Below are positions 1-14,200 of a stretch of 64,000 bases of DNA, in pieces (positions within the stretch are counted from its first letter, which is position 1; each line of letters opens with the position of its first letter). Origin of the DNA: Auanema rhodensis (lineage: Eukaryota > Animalia > Nematoda); assembly GCA_964057225.1 (NCBI GenBank), contig OZ059900.1, positions 1,240,001 to 1,304,000 of the forward strand. The letters run 5' to 3'. A program made the translations under genes and the position numbers. The notes beneath the pieces were generated by a model. The model saw nothing but the letters and a program-made list of their open reading frames with translations. It was not told the origin of the DNA and did not search any database.

Positions 1-347
1 TTTTGGTACAAAATCTGTGATACTCGTAAATTTTGATCATATTCGGTGAGATTCGAGAATCAAACACACAATACACGAAATAAGTTTATTTTGACGAGTT
101 TGCACTGATATTTATTCATTTTGATCAAAAAAGGTCGAAAATAGAAAGATTTTTTGAAATTTCCGAGTTTTGAGTCTAATTTGGCTAAATCGCTCATATA
201 TATGATCAGAAGCAGAGATGTATTGTCTATGACAACAAAAGTCATTGATTGAACACTAATGATGTTTAAATACTGATTTTCGCTCAAATAGCATTACTAC
301 ACTAAGTATGGTCGTTTTTATACCTTCAACACCATATACTCACCGAT
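1..347. repeat. Representative monomer (arbitrary phase starting TTTTGGTACA)
   Basis: First full unit; hand count gives 107 G+C in 347 bp. It contains many A/T tracts and three TGATCA sites (34, 122, 203). Confidence 0.97.
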
Positions 348-3300
348 TTTTGGTACAAAATCTGTGATACTCGTAAATTTCGATCATATTCGTTAAGATT
401 TGAGAATCAAACACACAATACACGAAATGAGTTTATTTTCACGAGTTTGCACTGATATTTATTCATTTTGATCAAAAAAGGTCGAAAATAGAAAGAATTT
501 TTGAATTTTCCGAGTTTTGAGTCCAATTGGGCTAAATCGCTCATATATATGATCAAAAGCATAGTTTTACTGTCTATGATAACAAAAGTCTTCAAATATA
601 CACTAGTAATGATTTAATCACTGAATTTCACTCAAATAGCATTACTATACTAAGTATGGTCGTTTTTATGCCTTTAACACCATATACTCACCGATTTTTG
701 GTACAAAATCTGTAATACTTGTAAATTTCGATCATATTCGTTAAGATTTGAGAATCAAACACATAATACACGAAATAAGTCTATTTTTACAAGTTTGCAC
801 TGATATTTATTCATTTTGATCAAAAAAGGTCGAAAATAGAAAGAATTTTTGAAATTTCCGAGTTTTGAGTCCAATTTGGCTAAATCGCTCATATATATGA
901 TCAAAAGCATAGTTTTACTGTCTATGATAACAAAAGTCTTCAAATATACACTAGTAATGATTAAATCACTGAATTTCACTCAAATAGCATTACTATAGTA
1001 AGTATGGTCGTTTTTATGCCTTTAACACCATATACTCACCGATTTTTGGTACAAAATCTGTAATACTCGTAAATTTTGATCATATTCGTTAAGATTTGAG
1101 AATCAAACATACAATACACGAAATCAGTCTATTTTTATGAGCTTGCACTGATATATATTCATTTTGATCAAAAAAGGTCGAAAATAGAAAGAATTTTTGA
1201 AATTTACGAGTTTTGAGTCTAATTTGGCTAAATCGCTCATATATATGATCAGAAGCATAGTTTTATTGTCTATGACAACAAAAGTCATTAATTAAACACT
1301 AATAATGTTTAAATCACTAAATTTCGCTTAAATAGCATTACTACACTAAGTATGGTCGTTTTTATGCCTTTAACACCATATACTCACCGATTTTTGGTAC
1401 AAAATCTGTAATACTTGTAAATTTTGATCATATTCGTTAAGATTCGAGAATCAAACACATAATACACGAAAGAAGTCTATTTTTATGAGTTTGCACTGAT
1501 ATTTATTCATTTTGATCAAAAAAGGTCGAAAATAGAAAGAAGTTTTGAAATTTCCGAGTTTTGAGTCTAATTTGGCTAAATCGCTCATATATATGATCAG
1601 AAGCATAGTTTTATTGTCTATGACAACAAAAATCATCAATTAAACGCTAGTGATGTTTAAATACTGATTTTCGCTCAAATAGCATTACTACACTAAGTAT
1701 GGTCGTTTTTATGCCTTTAACACCATATACTCACCGATTTTTGGTACAAAATCTGTAATACTCGTAAATTTTGATCATATTCGTTAAGATTTGAGAATCA
1801 AACATACAATACACAAAATCAGTCTATTTTTATGAGCTTGCACTGATATATATTCATTTTGATCAAAAAAGGTCGAAAATAGAAAGATTTTTTGAATTTT
1901 CCGAGTTTTGAGTCCAATTGGGCTAAATCGCTCATATATATGATCAAAAGCATAGTTTTACTGTCTATGATAACAAAAGTCTTCAAATATACACTAATAA
2001 TGTGTAAATCACTGAATTTCACTCAAATAGCTTTACTACACTAAGTATGGTCGTTTTTATGCCTTTAACACCATATACTCACCGATTTTTGGTACAAAAT
2101 CTGTAATACTCGTAAATTTTGATCATGTTCGTTAAGATTTGAGAATCAAACATACACTACACGAAATCAGTCTATTTTTATGAGCTTGCACTGATATATA
2201 TTCATTTTGATCAAAAAAGGTCGAAAATAGAAAGAATTTTTGAAATTTACGAGTTTTGAGTCTAATTTGGCTAAATCGCTCATATATATGATCAGAAGCA
2301 TAGTTTTATTGTCTATGACAACAAAAATCATCAATTAAACGCTAGTGATGTTTAAATACTGATTTTCGCTCAAATAGCATTACTACACTAAGTATGGTCG
2401 TTTTTATGCCTTTAACACCATATACTCACCGATTTTTGGTACAAAATCTGTAATACTTGTAAATTTTGATCATATTCGTTAAGATTCGAGAATCAAACAC
2501 ATAATACACGAAAGAAGTCTATTTTTATGAGTTTGCACTGATATTTATTCATTTTGATCAAAAAAGGTCGAAAATAGAAAGAAGTTTTGAAATTTCCGAG
2601 GTTTGAGTCTAATTTGGCTAAATCGCTCATATATATGATCAGAAGCATAGTTTTATTGTCTATGACAACAAAAATCATCAATTAAACGCTAGTGATGTTT
2701 AAATACTGATTTTCGCTCAAATAGCATTACTACACTAAGTATGGTCGTTTTTATGCCTTTAACACCATATACTCACCGATTTTTGGTACAAAATCTGTAA
2801 TACTCGTAAATTTTGATCATATTCGTTAAGATTTGAGAATCAAACATACAATACACAAAATCAGTCTATTTTTATGAGCTTGCACTGATATATATTCATT
2901 TTGATCAAAAAAGGTCGAAAATAGAAAGATTTTTTGAATTTTCCGAGTTTTGAGTCTAATTTGGCTAAATCGCTCATATATATGATCAGAAGCATAGTTT
3001 TATTGTCTATGACAACAAAAATCATCAATAAAACGCTAGTGATGTTTAAATACTGATTTTCGCTCAAATAGCATTACTACACTAAGTATGGTCGTTTTTA
3101 TGCCTTTAACACCATATACTCACCGATTTTTGGTACAAAATCTGTAATACTTGTAAATTTTGATCATATTCGTTAAGATTCGAGAATCAAACACATAATA
3201 CACGAAATAAGTCTATTTTTACAAGTTTGCACTGATATTTATTCATTTTGATCAAAAAAGATCGAAAATAGAAAGAATTTTTGAAATTTCCGAGTTTTGA

Positions 3301-6300
3301 GTCCAATTTGGCTAAATCGCTCATATATATGATCAAAAGCATAGTTTTATTGTCTATAACAACAAAAGTCATCAATTAAACGCTAGTGATGTTTTAATAC
3401 TGAATTTCGCTCAAATAGCATTACTACACTAAGTATGGTCGTTTTTATGCCTTTAACACCATATACTCACCGATTTTTGGTACAAAATCTGTGATACTCG
3501 TAAATTTCGATCATTTTCGGTGAGATTCGAGAATCAAACACACAATACACGAAATAAGTTTATTTTGACGAGTTTGCACTGATATTTATTCATTTTGATC
3601 AAAAAAGGTCGAAAATAGAAAGATTTTTTGAAATTTCCGAGTTTTGAGTCTAATTTGGCTAAATCGCTCATATATATGATCAGAAGCATAGTTTTGTTGT
3701 CTATGACAACAAAAGTCATTAATTAAACACTAATGATGTTTAAATACTGATTTTCGCTCAAATAGCATTACTACACTAAGTATGGTCGTTTTTATACCTT
3801 CAACACCATATACTCACCGATTTTTGGTACAAAATCTGTGATACTCGTAAATTTCGATCATATTCGTTAAGATTTGAGAATCAAACACACAATACACGAA
3901 ATGAGTTTATTTTCACGAGTTTGCACTGATATTTATTCATTTTGATCAAAAAAGGTCGAAAATAGAAAGAATTTTTGAATTTTCCGAGTTTTGAGTCCAA
4001 TTGGGCTAAATCGCTCATATATATGATCAAAAGCATAGTTTTACTGTCTATGATAACAAAAGTCTTCAAATATACACTAGTAATGATTAAATCACTGAAT
4101 TTCACTCAAATAGCATTACTATACTAAGTATGGTCGTTTTTATGCCTTTAACACCATATACTCACCGATTTTTGGTACAAAATCTGTAATACTTGTAAAT
4201 TTCGATCATATTCGTTAAGATTTGAGAATCAAACACATAATACACGAAATAAGTCTATTTTTACAAGTTTGCACTGATATTTATTCATTTTGATCAAAAA
4301 AGGTCGAAAATAGAAAGAATTTTTGAAATTTCCGAGTTTTGAGTCCAATTTGGCTAAATCGCTCATATATATGATCAAAAGCATAGTTCTATTGTCTATA
4401 ACAACAAAAGTCTTCAATTAAACGCTAGTGATGTTTTAATACTGAATTTCGCTCAAATAGCATTACTACACTAAGTATGGTCGTTTTTATGCCTTTAACA
4501 CCATATACTCACCGATTTTTGGTACAAAATCTGTAATACTCGTAAATTTTGATCATATTCGTTAAGATTTGAGAATCAAACATACAATACACGAAATCAG
4601 TCTATTTTTATGAGCTTGCACTGATATATATTCATTTTGATCAAAAAAGGTCGAAAATAGAAAGAATTTTTGAAATTTACGAGTTTTGAGTCTAATTTGG
4701 CTAAATCGCTCATATATATGATCAGAAGCATAGTTTTATTGTCTATGACAACAAAAGTCATTAATTAAACACTAATAATGTTTAAATCACTAAATTTCGC
4801 TCAAATAGCATTACTACACTAAGTATGGTCGTTTTTATGCCTTTAACACCATATACTCACCGATTTTTGGTACAAAATCTGTAATACTTGTAAATTTTGA
4901 TCATACTCGTTAAGATTCGAGAATCAAACACATAATACACGAAAGAAGTCTATTTTTATGAGTTTGCACTGATATTTATTCATTTTGATCAAAAAAGGTC
5001 GAAAATAGAAAGAATTTTTGAAATTTCCGAGTTTTGAGTCTAATTTGGCTAAATCGCTCATATATATGATCAGAAGCATAGTTTTGTTGTCTATGACAAC
5101 AAAAGTCATTAATTAAACACTAATGATGTTTAAATACTGATTTTCGCTCAAATAGCATTACTACACTAAGTATGGTCGTTTTTATACCTTCAACACCATA
5201 TACTCACCGATTTTTGGTACAAAATCTGTAATACTTGTAAATTTCGATCATATTCGTTAAGATTTGAGAATCAAACACATAATACACGAAATAAGTCTAT
5301 TTTTACAAGTTTGCACTGATATTTATTCATTTTGATCAAAAAAGGTCGAAAATAGAAAGAATTTTTGAAATTTCCGAGTTTTGAGTCCAATTTGGCTAAA
5401 TCGCTCATATATATGATCAAAAGCATAGTTCTATTGTCTATAACAACAAAAGTCTTCAATTAAACGCTAGTGATGTTTTAATACTGAATTTCGCTCAAAT
5501 AGCATTACTACACTAAGTATGGTCGTTTTTATGCCTTTAACACCATATACTCACCGATTTTTGGTACAAAATCTGTAATACTCGTAAATTTTGATCATAT
5601 TCGTTAAGATTTGAGAATCAAACATACAATACACGAAATCAGTCTATTTTTATGAGCTTGTACTGATATATATTCATTTTGATCAAAAAAGGTCGAAAAT
5701 AGAAAGAATTTTTGAAATTTACGAGTTTTGAGTCTAATTTGGCTAAATCGCTCATATATATGATCAGAAGCATAGTTTTATTGTCTATGACAACAAAAGT
5801 CATTAATTAAACACTAATAATGTTTAAATCACTAAATTTCGCTCAAATAGCATTACTACACTAAGTATGGTCGTTTTTATGCCTTTAACACCATATACTC
5901 ACCGATTTTTGGTACAAAATCTGTAATACTTGTAAATTTTGATCATATTCGTTAAGATTCGAGAATCAAACACATAATACACGAAAGAAGTCTATTTTTA
6001 TGAGTTTGCACTGATATTTATTCATTTTGATCAAAAAAGGTCGAAAATAGAAAGAATTTTTGAAATTTCCGAGTTTTGAGTCTAATTTGGCTAAATCGCT
6101 CATATATATGATCAGAAGCATAGTTTTATTGTCTATGACAACAAAAGTCATTAATTGAACACTAATGATGTTTAAATCACTGAATTTCACTCAAATAGCA
6201 TTACTACACTAAGTATGGTCGTTTTTATGCCTTTAACACCATATACTCACCGATTTTTGGTACAAAATCTGTGATACTCGTAAATTTCGATCATATTCGT

Positions 6301-8999
6301 TAAGATTTGAGAATCAAACACACAATACACGAAATGAGTTTATTTTCACGAGTTTGCACTGATATTTATTCATTTTGATCAAAAAAGGTCGAAAATAGAA
6401 AGAATTTTTGAATTTTCCGAGTTTTGAGTCCAATTGGGCTAAATCGCTCATATATATGATCAAAAGCATAGTTTTACTGTCTATGATAACAAAAGTCTTC
6501 AAATATACACTAGTAATGATTAAATCACTGAATTTCACTCAAATAGCATTACTATACTAAGTATGGTCGTTTTTATGCCTTTAACACCATATACTCACCG
6601 ATTTTTGGTACAAAATCTGTAATACTTGTAAATTTCGATCATATTCGTTAAGATTTGAGAATCAAACACATAATACACGAAATAAGTCTATTTTTACCAG
6701 TTTGCACTGATATTTATTCATTTTGATCAAAAAAGGTCGAAAATAGAAAGAATTTTTGAAATTTCCGAGTTTTGAGTCCAATTTGGCTAAATCGCTCATA
6801 TATATGATCAAAAGCATAGTTCTATTGTCTATAACAACAAAAGTCTTCAATTAAACGCTAGTGATGTTTTAATACTGAATTTCGCTCAAATAGCATTACT
6901 ACACTAAGTATGGTCGTTTTTATGCCTTTAACACCATATACTCACCGATTTTTGGTACAAAATCTGTAATACTCGTAAATTTTGATCATATTCGTTAAGA
7001 TTTGAAAATCAAACATACAATACACGAAATCAGTCTATTTTTATGAGCTTGCACTGATATATATTCATTTTGATCAAAAAAGGTCGAAAATAGAAAGAAT
7101 TTTTGAAATTTACGAGTTTTGAGTCTAATTTGGCTAAATCGCTCATATATATGATCAGAAGCATAGTTTTATTGTCTATGACAACAAAAGTCATTAATTA
7201 AACACTAATAATGTTTAAATCACTAAATTTCGCTCAAATAGCATTACTACACTAAGTATGGTCGTTTTTATGCCTTTAACACCATATACTCACCGATTTT
7301 TGGTACAAAATCTGTAATACTTGTAAATTTTGATCATATTCGTTAAGATTCGAGAATCAAACACATAATACACAAAAGAAGTCTATTTTTATGAGTTTGC
7401 ACTGATATTTATTCATTTTGATCAAAAAAGGTCGAAAATAGAAAGAATTTTTGAAATTTCCGAGTTTTGAGTCTAATTTGGCTAAATCGCTCATATATAT
7501 GATCAGAAGCATAGTTTTATTGTCTATGACAACAAAAGTCATTAATTGAACACTAATGATGTTTAAATCACTGAATTTCACTCAAATAGCATTACTACAC
7601 TAAGTATGGTCGTTTTTATGCCTTTAACACCATATACTCACCGATTTTTGGTACAAAATCTGTAATACTTGTAAATTTCGATCATATTCGTTAAGATTTG
7701 AGAATCAAACACATAATACACGAAATAAGTCTATTTTTACAAGTTTGCACTGATATTTATTCATTTTGATCAAAAAAGGTCGAAAATAGAAAGAAGTTTT
7801 GAAATTTCCGAGTTTTGAGTCTAATTTGGCTAAATCGCTCATATATATGATCAAAAGCATAGTTTTATTGTCTATAACAACAAAAGTCATCAATTAAACG
7901 CTAGTGATGTTTTAATACTGAATTTCGCTCAAATAGCATTACTACACTAAGTATGGTCGTTTTTATGCCTTTAACACCATATACTCACCGATTTTTGGTA
8001 CAAAATCTGTGATACTCGTAAATTTTGATCATATTCGGTGAGATTCGAGAATCAAACACACAATACACGAAATAAGTTTATTTTGACGAGTTTGCACTGA
8101 TATTTATTCATTTTGATCAAAAAAGGTCGAAAATAGAAAGATTTTTTGAAATTTCCGAGTTTTGAGTCTAATTTGGCTAAATCGCTCATATATATGATCA
8201 GAAGCAGAGATGTATTGTCTATGACAACAAAAGTCATTGATTGAACACTAATGATGTTTAAATCACTGAATTTCGCTCAAATAGCATTACTACACTAAGG
8301 ATGGTCGTTTTTATGCCTTTAACACCATATACTCACCGATTTTTGGTACAAAATCTGTAATACTTGTAAATTTCGATCATATTCGTTAAGATTTGAGAAT
8401 CAAACACATAATACACGAAATAAGTCTTTTTTTTACAAGTTTGCACTGATATTTATTCATTTTGATCAAAAAAGGTCGAAAATAGAAAGAATTTTTGAAA
8501 TTTACGAGTTTTGAGTCTAATTTGGCTAAATCGCTCATATATATGATCAGAAGCATAGTTTTATTGTCTATGACAACAAAAATCATTAATTAAACACTAA
8601 TGATGTTTAAATACTGACTTTCGCTCAAATAGCATTACTACACTAAGTATGGTCGTTTTTATACCTTCAACACCATATACTCACCGATTTTTGGTACAAA
8701 ATCTGTGATACTCGTAAATTTCGATCATATTCGTTAAGATTTGAGAATCAAACACACAATACACGAAATGAGTTTATTTTCACGAGTTTGCACTGATATT
8801 TATTCATTTTGATCAAAAAAGGTCGAAAATAGAAAGAATTTTTGAATTTTCCGAGTTTTGAGTCCAATTGGGCTAAATCGCTCATATATATGATCAAAAG
8901 CATAGTTTTACTGTCTATGATAACAAAAGTCTTCAAATATACACTAGTAATGATTAAATCACTGAATTTCACTCAAATAGCATTACTATACTAAGTATG

Positions 9000-11290
9000 G
9001 TCGTTTTTATGCCTTTAACACCATATACTCACCGATTTTTGGTACAAAATCTGTAATACTTGTAAATTTCGATTATATTCGTTAAGATTTGAGAATCAAA
9101 CACATAATACACGAAATAAGTCTATTTTTACAAGTTTGCACTGATATTTATTCATTTTGATCAAAAAAGGTCGAAAATAGAAAGAATTTTTGAAATTTCC
9201 GAGTTTTGAGTCCAATTTGGCTAAATCGCTCATATATATGATCAAAAGCATAGTTCTATTGTCTATAACAACAAAAGTCTTCAATTAAACGCTAGTGATG
9301 TTTTAATACTGAATTTCGCTCAAATAGCATTACTACACTAAGTATGGTCGTTTTTATGCCTTTAACACCATATACTCACCGATTTTTGGTACAAAATCTG
9401 TAATACTCGTAAATTTTGATCATATTCGTTAAGATTTGAGAATCAAACATACAATACACGAAATCAGTCTATTTTTATGAGCTTGCACTGATATATATTC
9501 ATTTTGATCAAAAAAGGTCGAAAATAGAAAGAATTTTTGAAATTTACGAGTTTTGAGTCTAATTTGGCTAAATCGCTCATATATATGATCAGAAGCATAG
9601 TTTTATTGTCTATGACAACAAAAGTCATTAATTAAACACTAATAATGTTTAAATCACTAAATTTCGCTCAAATAGCATTACTACACTAAGTATGGTCGTT
9701 TTTATGCCTTTAACACCATATACTCACCGATTTTTGGTACAAAATCTGTAATACTTGTAAATTTTGATCATATTCGTTAAGATTCGAGAATCAAACACAT
9801 AATACACGAAAGAAGTCTATTTTTATGAGTTTGCACTGATATTTATTCATTTTGATCAAAAAAGGTCGAAAATAGAAAGAATTTTTGAAATTTCCGAGTT
9901 TTGAGTCTAATTTGGCTAAATCGCTCATATATATGATCAGAAGCATAGTTTTATTGTCTATGACAACAAAAGTCATTAATTGAACACTAATGATGTTTAA
10001 ATCACTGAATTTCACTCAAATAGCATTACTACACTAAGTATGGTCGTTTTTATGCCTTTAACACCATATACTCACCGATTTTTGGTACAAAATCTGTAAT
10101 ACTTGTAAATTTCGATCATATTCGTTAAGATTTGAGAATCAAACACATAATACACGAAATAAGTCTATTTTTACAAGTTTGCACTGATATTTATTCATTT
10201 TGATCAAAAAAGGTCGAAAATAGAAAGAATTTTTGAAATTTCCGAGTTTTGAGTCCAATTTGGCTAAATCGCTCATATATATGATCAAAAGCATAGTTCT
10301 ATTGTCTATAACAACAAAAGTCTTCAATTAAACGCTAGTGATGTTTTAATACTGAATTTCGCTCAAATAGCATTACTACACTAAGTATGGTCGTTTTTAT
10401 GCCTTTAACACCATATACTCACCGATTTTTGGTACAAAATCTGTAATACTCGTAAATTTTGATCATATTCGTTAAGATTTGAGAATCAAACATACAATAC
10501 ACGAAATCAGTCTATTTTTATGAGCTTGCACTGATATATATTCATTTTGATCAAAAAAGGTCGAAAATAGAAAGAATTTTTGAAATTTACGAGTTTTGAG
10601 TCTAATTTGGCTAAATCGCTCATATATATGATCAGAAGCATAGTTTTATTGTCTATGACAACAAAAGTCATTAATTAAACACTAATAATGTTTAAATCAC
10701 TAAATTTCGCTCAAATAGCATTACTACACTAAGTATGGTCGTTTTTATGCCTTTAACACCATATACTCACCGATTTTTGGTACAAAATCTGTAATACTTG
10801 TAAATTTTGATCATATTCGTTAAGATTCGAGAATCAAACACATAATACACGAAAGAAGTCTATTTTTATGAGTTTGCACTGATATTTATTCATTTTGATC
10901 AAAAAAGGTCGAAAATAGAAAGAATTTTTGAAATTTCCGAGTTTTGAGTCTAATTTGGCTAAATCGCTCATATATATGATCAGAAGCATAGTTTTATTGT
11001 CTATGACAACAAAAGTCATTAATTGAACACTAATGATGTTTAAATCACTGAATTTCACTCAAATAGCATTACTACACTAAGTATGGTCGTTTTTATGCCT
11101 TTAACACCATATACTCACCGATTTTTGGTACAAAATCTGTAATACTTGTAAATTTCGATCATATTCGTTAAGATTTGAGAATCAAACACATAATACACGA
11201 AATAAGTCTATTTTTACAAGTTTGCACTGATATTTATTCATTTTGATCAAAAAAGGTCGAAAATAGAAAGAATTTTTGAAATTTCCGAGT
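9000..11290. repeat. 3-monomer (1043-bp) tandem duplication
   Basis: Identical variant monomers at offset 1043 (ORF markers 9096/10139 and 9791/10834). Boundaries are approximate. Confidence 0.8.
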
Positions 11291-14200
11291 TTTGAGTCTA
11301 ATTTGGCTAAATCGCTCATATATATGATCAGAAGCATAGTTTTATTGTCTATGACAACAAAAATCATCAATTAAACGCTAGTGATGTTTAAATACTGATT
11401 TTCGCTCAAATAGCATTACTACACTAAGTATGGTCGTTTTTATGCCTTTAACACCATATACTCACCGATTTTTGGTACAAAATCTGTAATACTTGTAAAT
11501 TTTGATCATATTCGTTAAGATTTGAGAATCAAACATACAATACACAAAATCAGTCTATTTTTATGAGCTTGCACTGATATATATTCATTTTGATCAAAAA
11601 AGGTCGAAAATAGAAAGAATTTTTGAAATTTCCGAGTTTTGAGTCTAATTTGGCTAAATCGCTCATATATATGATCAGAAGCATAGTTTTATTGTCTATG
11701 ACAACAAAAATCATCAATTAAACGCTAGTGATGTTTAAATACTGATTTTCGCTCAAATAGCATTACTACACTAAGTATGGTCGTTTTTATGCCTTTAACA
11801 CCATATACTCACCGATTTTTGGTACAAAATCTGTAATACTTGTAAATTTTGATCATATTCGTTAAGATTCGAGAATCAAACACATAATACACGAAATAAG
11901 TCTATTTTTACAAGTTTGCACTGATATTTATTCATTTTGATCAAAAAAGATCGAAAATAGAAAGAATTTTTGAAATTTCCGAGTTTTGAGTCCAATTGGG
12001 CTAAATCGCTCATATATATGATCAGAAGCATAGTTTTATTGTCTATGACAACAAAAATCATCAATTAAACGCTAGTGATGTTTAAATACTGATTTTCGCT
12101 CAAATAGCATTACTACACTAAGTATGGTCGTTTTTATGCCTTTAACACCATATACTCACCGATTTTTGGTACAAAATCTGTAATACTCGTAAATTTTGAT
12201 CATATTCGTTAAGATTTGAGAATCAAACATACAATACACAAAATCAGTCTATTTTTATGAGCTTGCACTGATATATATTCATTTTGATCAAAAAAGGTCG
12301 AAAATAGAAAGATTTTTTGAATTTTCCGAGTTTTGAGTCCAATTGGGCTAAATCGCTCATATATATGATCAAAAGCATAGTTTTACTGTCTATGATAACA
12401 AAAGTCTTCAAATATACACTAATAATGTGTAAATCACTGAATTTCACTCAAATAGCTTTACTACACTAAGTATGGTCGTTTTTATGCCTTTAACACCATA
12501 TACTCACCGATTTTTGGTACAAAATCTGTAATACTTGTAAATTTTGATCATATTCGTTAAGATTCGAGAATCAAACACATAATACACGAAATAAGTCTAT
12601 TTTTACAAGTTTGCACTGATATTTATTCATTTTGATCAAAAAAGATCGAAAATAGAAAGAATTTTTGAAATTTCCGAGTTTTGAGTCCAATTGGGCTAAA
12701 TCGCTCATATATATGATCAGAAGCATAGTTTTATTGTCTATGACAACAAAAATCATCAATTAAACGCTAGTGATGTTTAAATACTGATTTTCGCTCAAAT
12801 AGCATTACTACACTAAGTATGGTCGTTTTTATGCCTTTAACACCATATACTCACCGATTTTTGGTACAAAATCTGTAATACTCGTAAATTTTGATCATAT
12901 TCGTTAAGATTTGAGAATCAAACATACAATACACAAAATCAGTCTATTTTTATGAGCTTGCACTGATATATATTCATTTTGATCAAAAAAGGTCGAAAAT
13001 AGAAAGAATTTTTGAAATTTCCGAGTTTTGAGTCTAATTTGGCTAAATCGCTCATATATATGATCAGAAGCATAGTTTTATTGTCTATGACAACAAAAAC
13101 CATCAATTAAACGCTAGTGATGTTTAAATACTGATTTTCGCTCAAATAGCATTACTACACTAAGTATGGTCGTTTTTATGCCTTTAACACCATATACTCA
13201 CCGATTTTTGGTACAAAATCTGTAATACTTGTAAATTTTGATCATATTCGTTAAGATTCGAGAATCAAACACATAATACACGAAATAAGTCTATTTTTAC
13301 AAGTTTGCACTGATATTTATTCATTTTGATCAAAAAAGATCGAAAATAGAAAGAATTTTTGAAATTTCCGAGTTTTGAGTCCAATTGGGCTAAATCGCTC
13401 ATATATATGATCAGAAGCATAGTTTTATTGTCTATGACAACAAAAATCATCAATTAAACGCTAGTGATGTTTAAATACTGATTTTCGCTCAAATAGCATT
13501 ACTACACTAAGTATGGTCGTTTTTATGCCTTTAACACCATATACTCACCGATTTTTGGTACAAAATCTGTAATACTTGTAAATTTCGATCATATTCGTTA
13601 AGATTTGAGAATCAAACACATAATACACGAAATAAGTCTATTTTTACAAGTTTGCACTGATATTTATTCATTTTGATCAAAAAAGGTCGAAAATAGAAAG
13701 AATTTTTGAAATTTACGAGTTTTGAGTCTAATTTGGCTAAATCGCTCATATATATGATCAAAAGCATAGTTTTATTGTCTATGACAACAAAAGTCATTAA
13801 TTAAACACTAATGATGTTTAAATACTGAATTTCGCTCAAATAGCATTACTACACTAAGTATGGTCGTTTTTATGCCTTTAACACCATATACTCACCGATT
13901 TTTGGTACAAAATCTGTAATACTCGTAAATTTTGATCATATTCGTTAAGATTTGAGAATCAAACATACAATACACGAAATCAGTCTATTTTTATGAGCTT
14001 GCACTGATATATATTCATTTTGATCAAAAAAGGTCGAAAATAGAAAGAATTTTTGAAATTTACGAGTTTTGAGTCTAATTTGGCTAAATCGCTCATATAT
14101 ATGATCAGAAGCATAGTTTTATTGTCTATGACAACAAAAGTCATTAATTAAACACTAATAATGTTTAAATCACTAAATTTCGCTCAAATAGCATTACTAC

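Noticed and set aside
1-347. Assignment to a named satellite family of similar length (insect or plant repeats of about 340-360 bp), or to 5S/tRNA-derived or rDNA spacer repeats
   Set aside because: Length and AT content alone are not diagnostic. I recognise no specific sequence match and see no 5S, tRNA or Pol III box motifs; a database search is required.
305-362. Spliced-leader or snRNA-like gene array: GT followed by a hairpin and an Sm-site-like GATTTTTGG on the plus strand; donor-like GGTGAGT on the minus strand (338-344)
   Set aside because: These short motifs are expected by chance in AT-rich DNA, the good donor and the Sm-like site are on opposite strands, and I recognise no leader sequence. 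Finding monomer sequence at mRNA 5' ends would reopen this.
1432-1449. CENP-B-box-like motif ATTCGTTAAGATTCGAGA
   Set aside because: The spacing between TTCG and the second CG is one base longer than in the canonical NTTCGNNNNANNCGGGN, CGGG is not matched, and the second CpG is lost in many monomers.
8420-8440. Extra T in a T-run, producing the frameshifted ORF 8386-8586
   Set aside because: It is a singleton homopolymer length change (T8 versus T7 in equivalent monomers), so trivial slippage or sequencing error.
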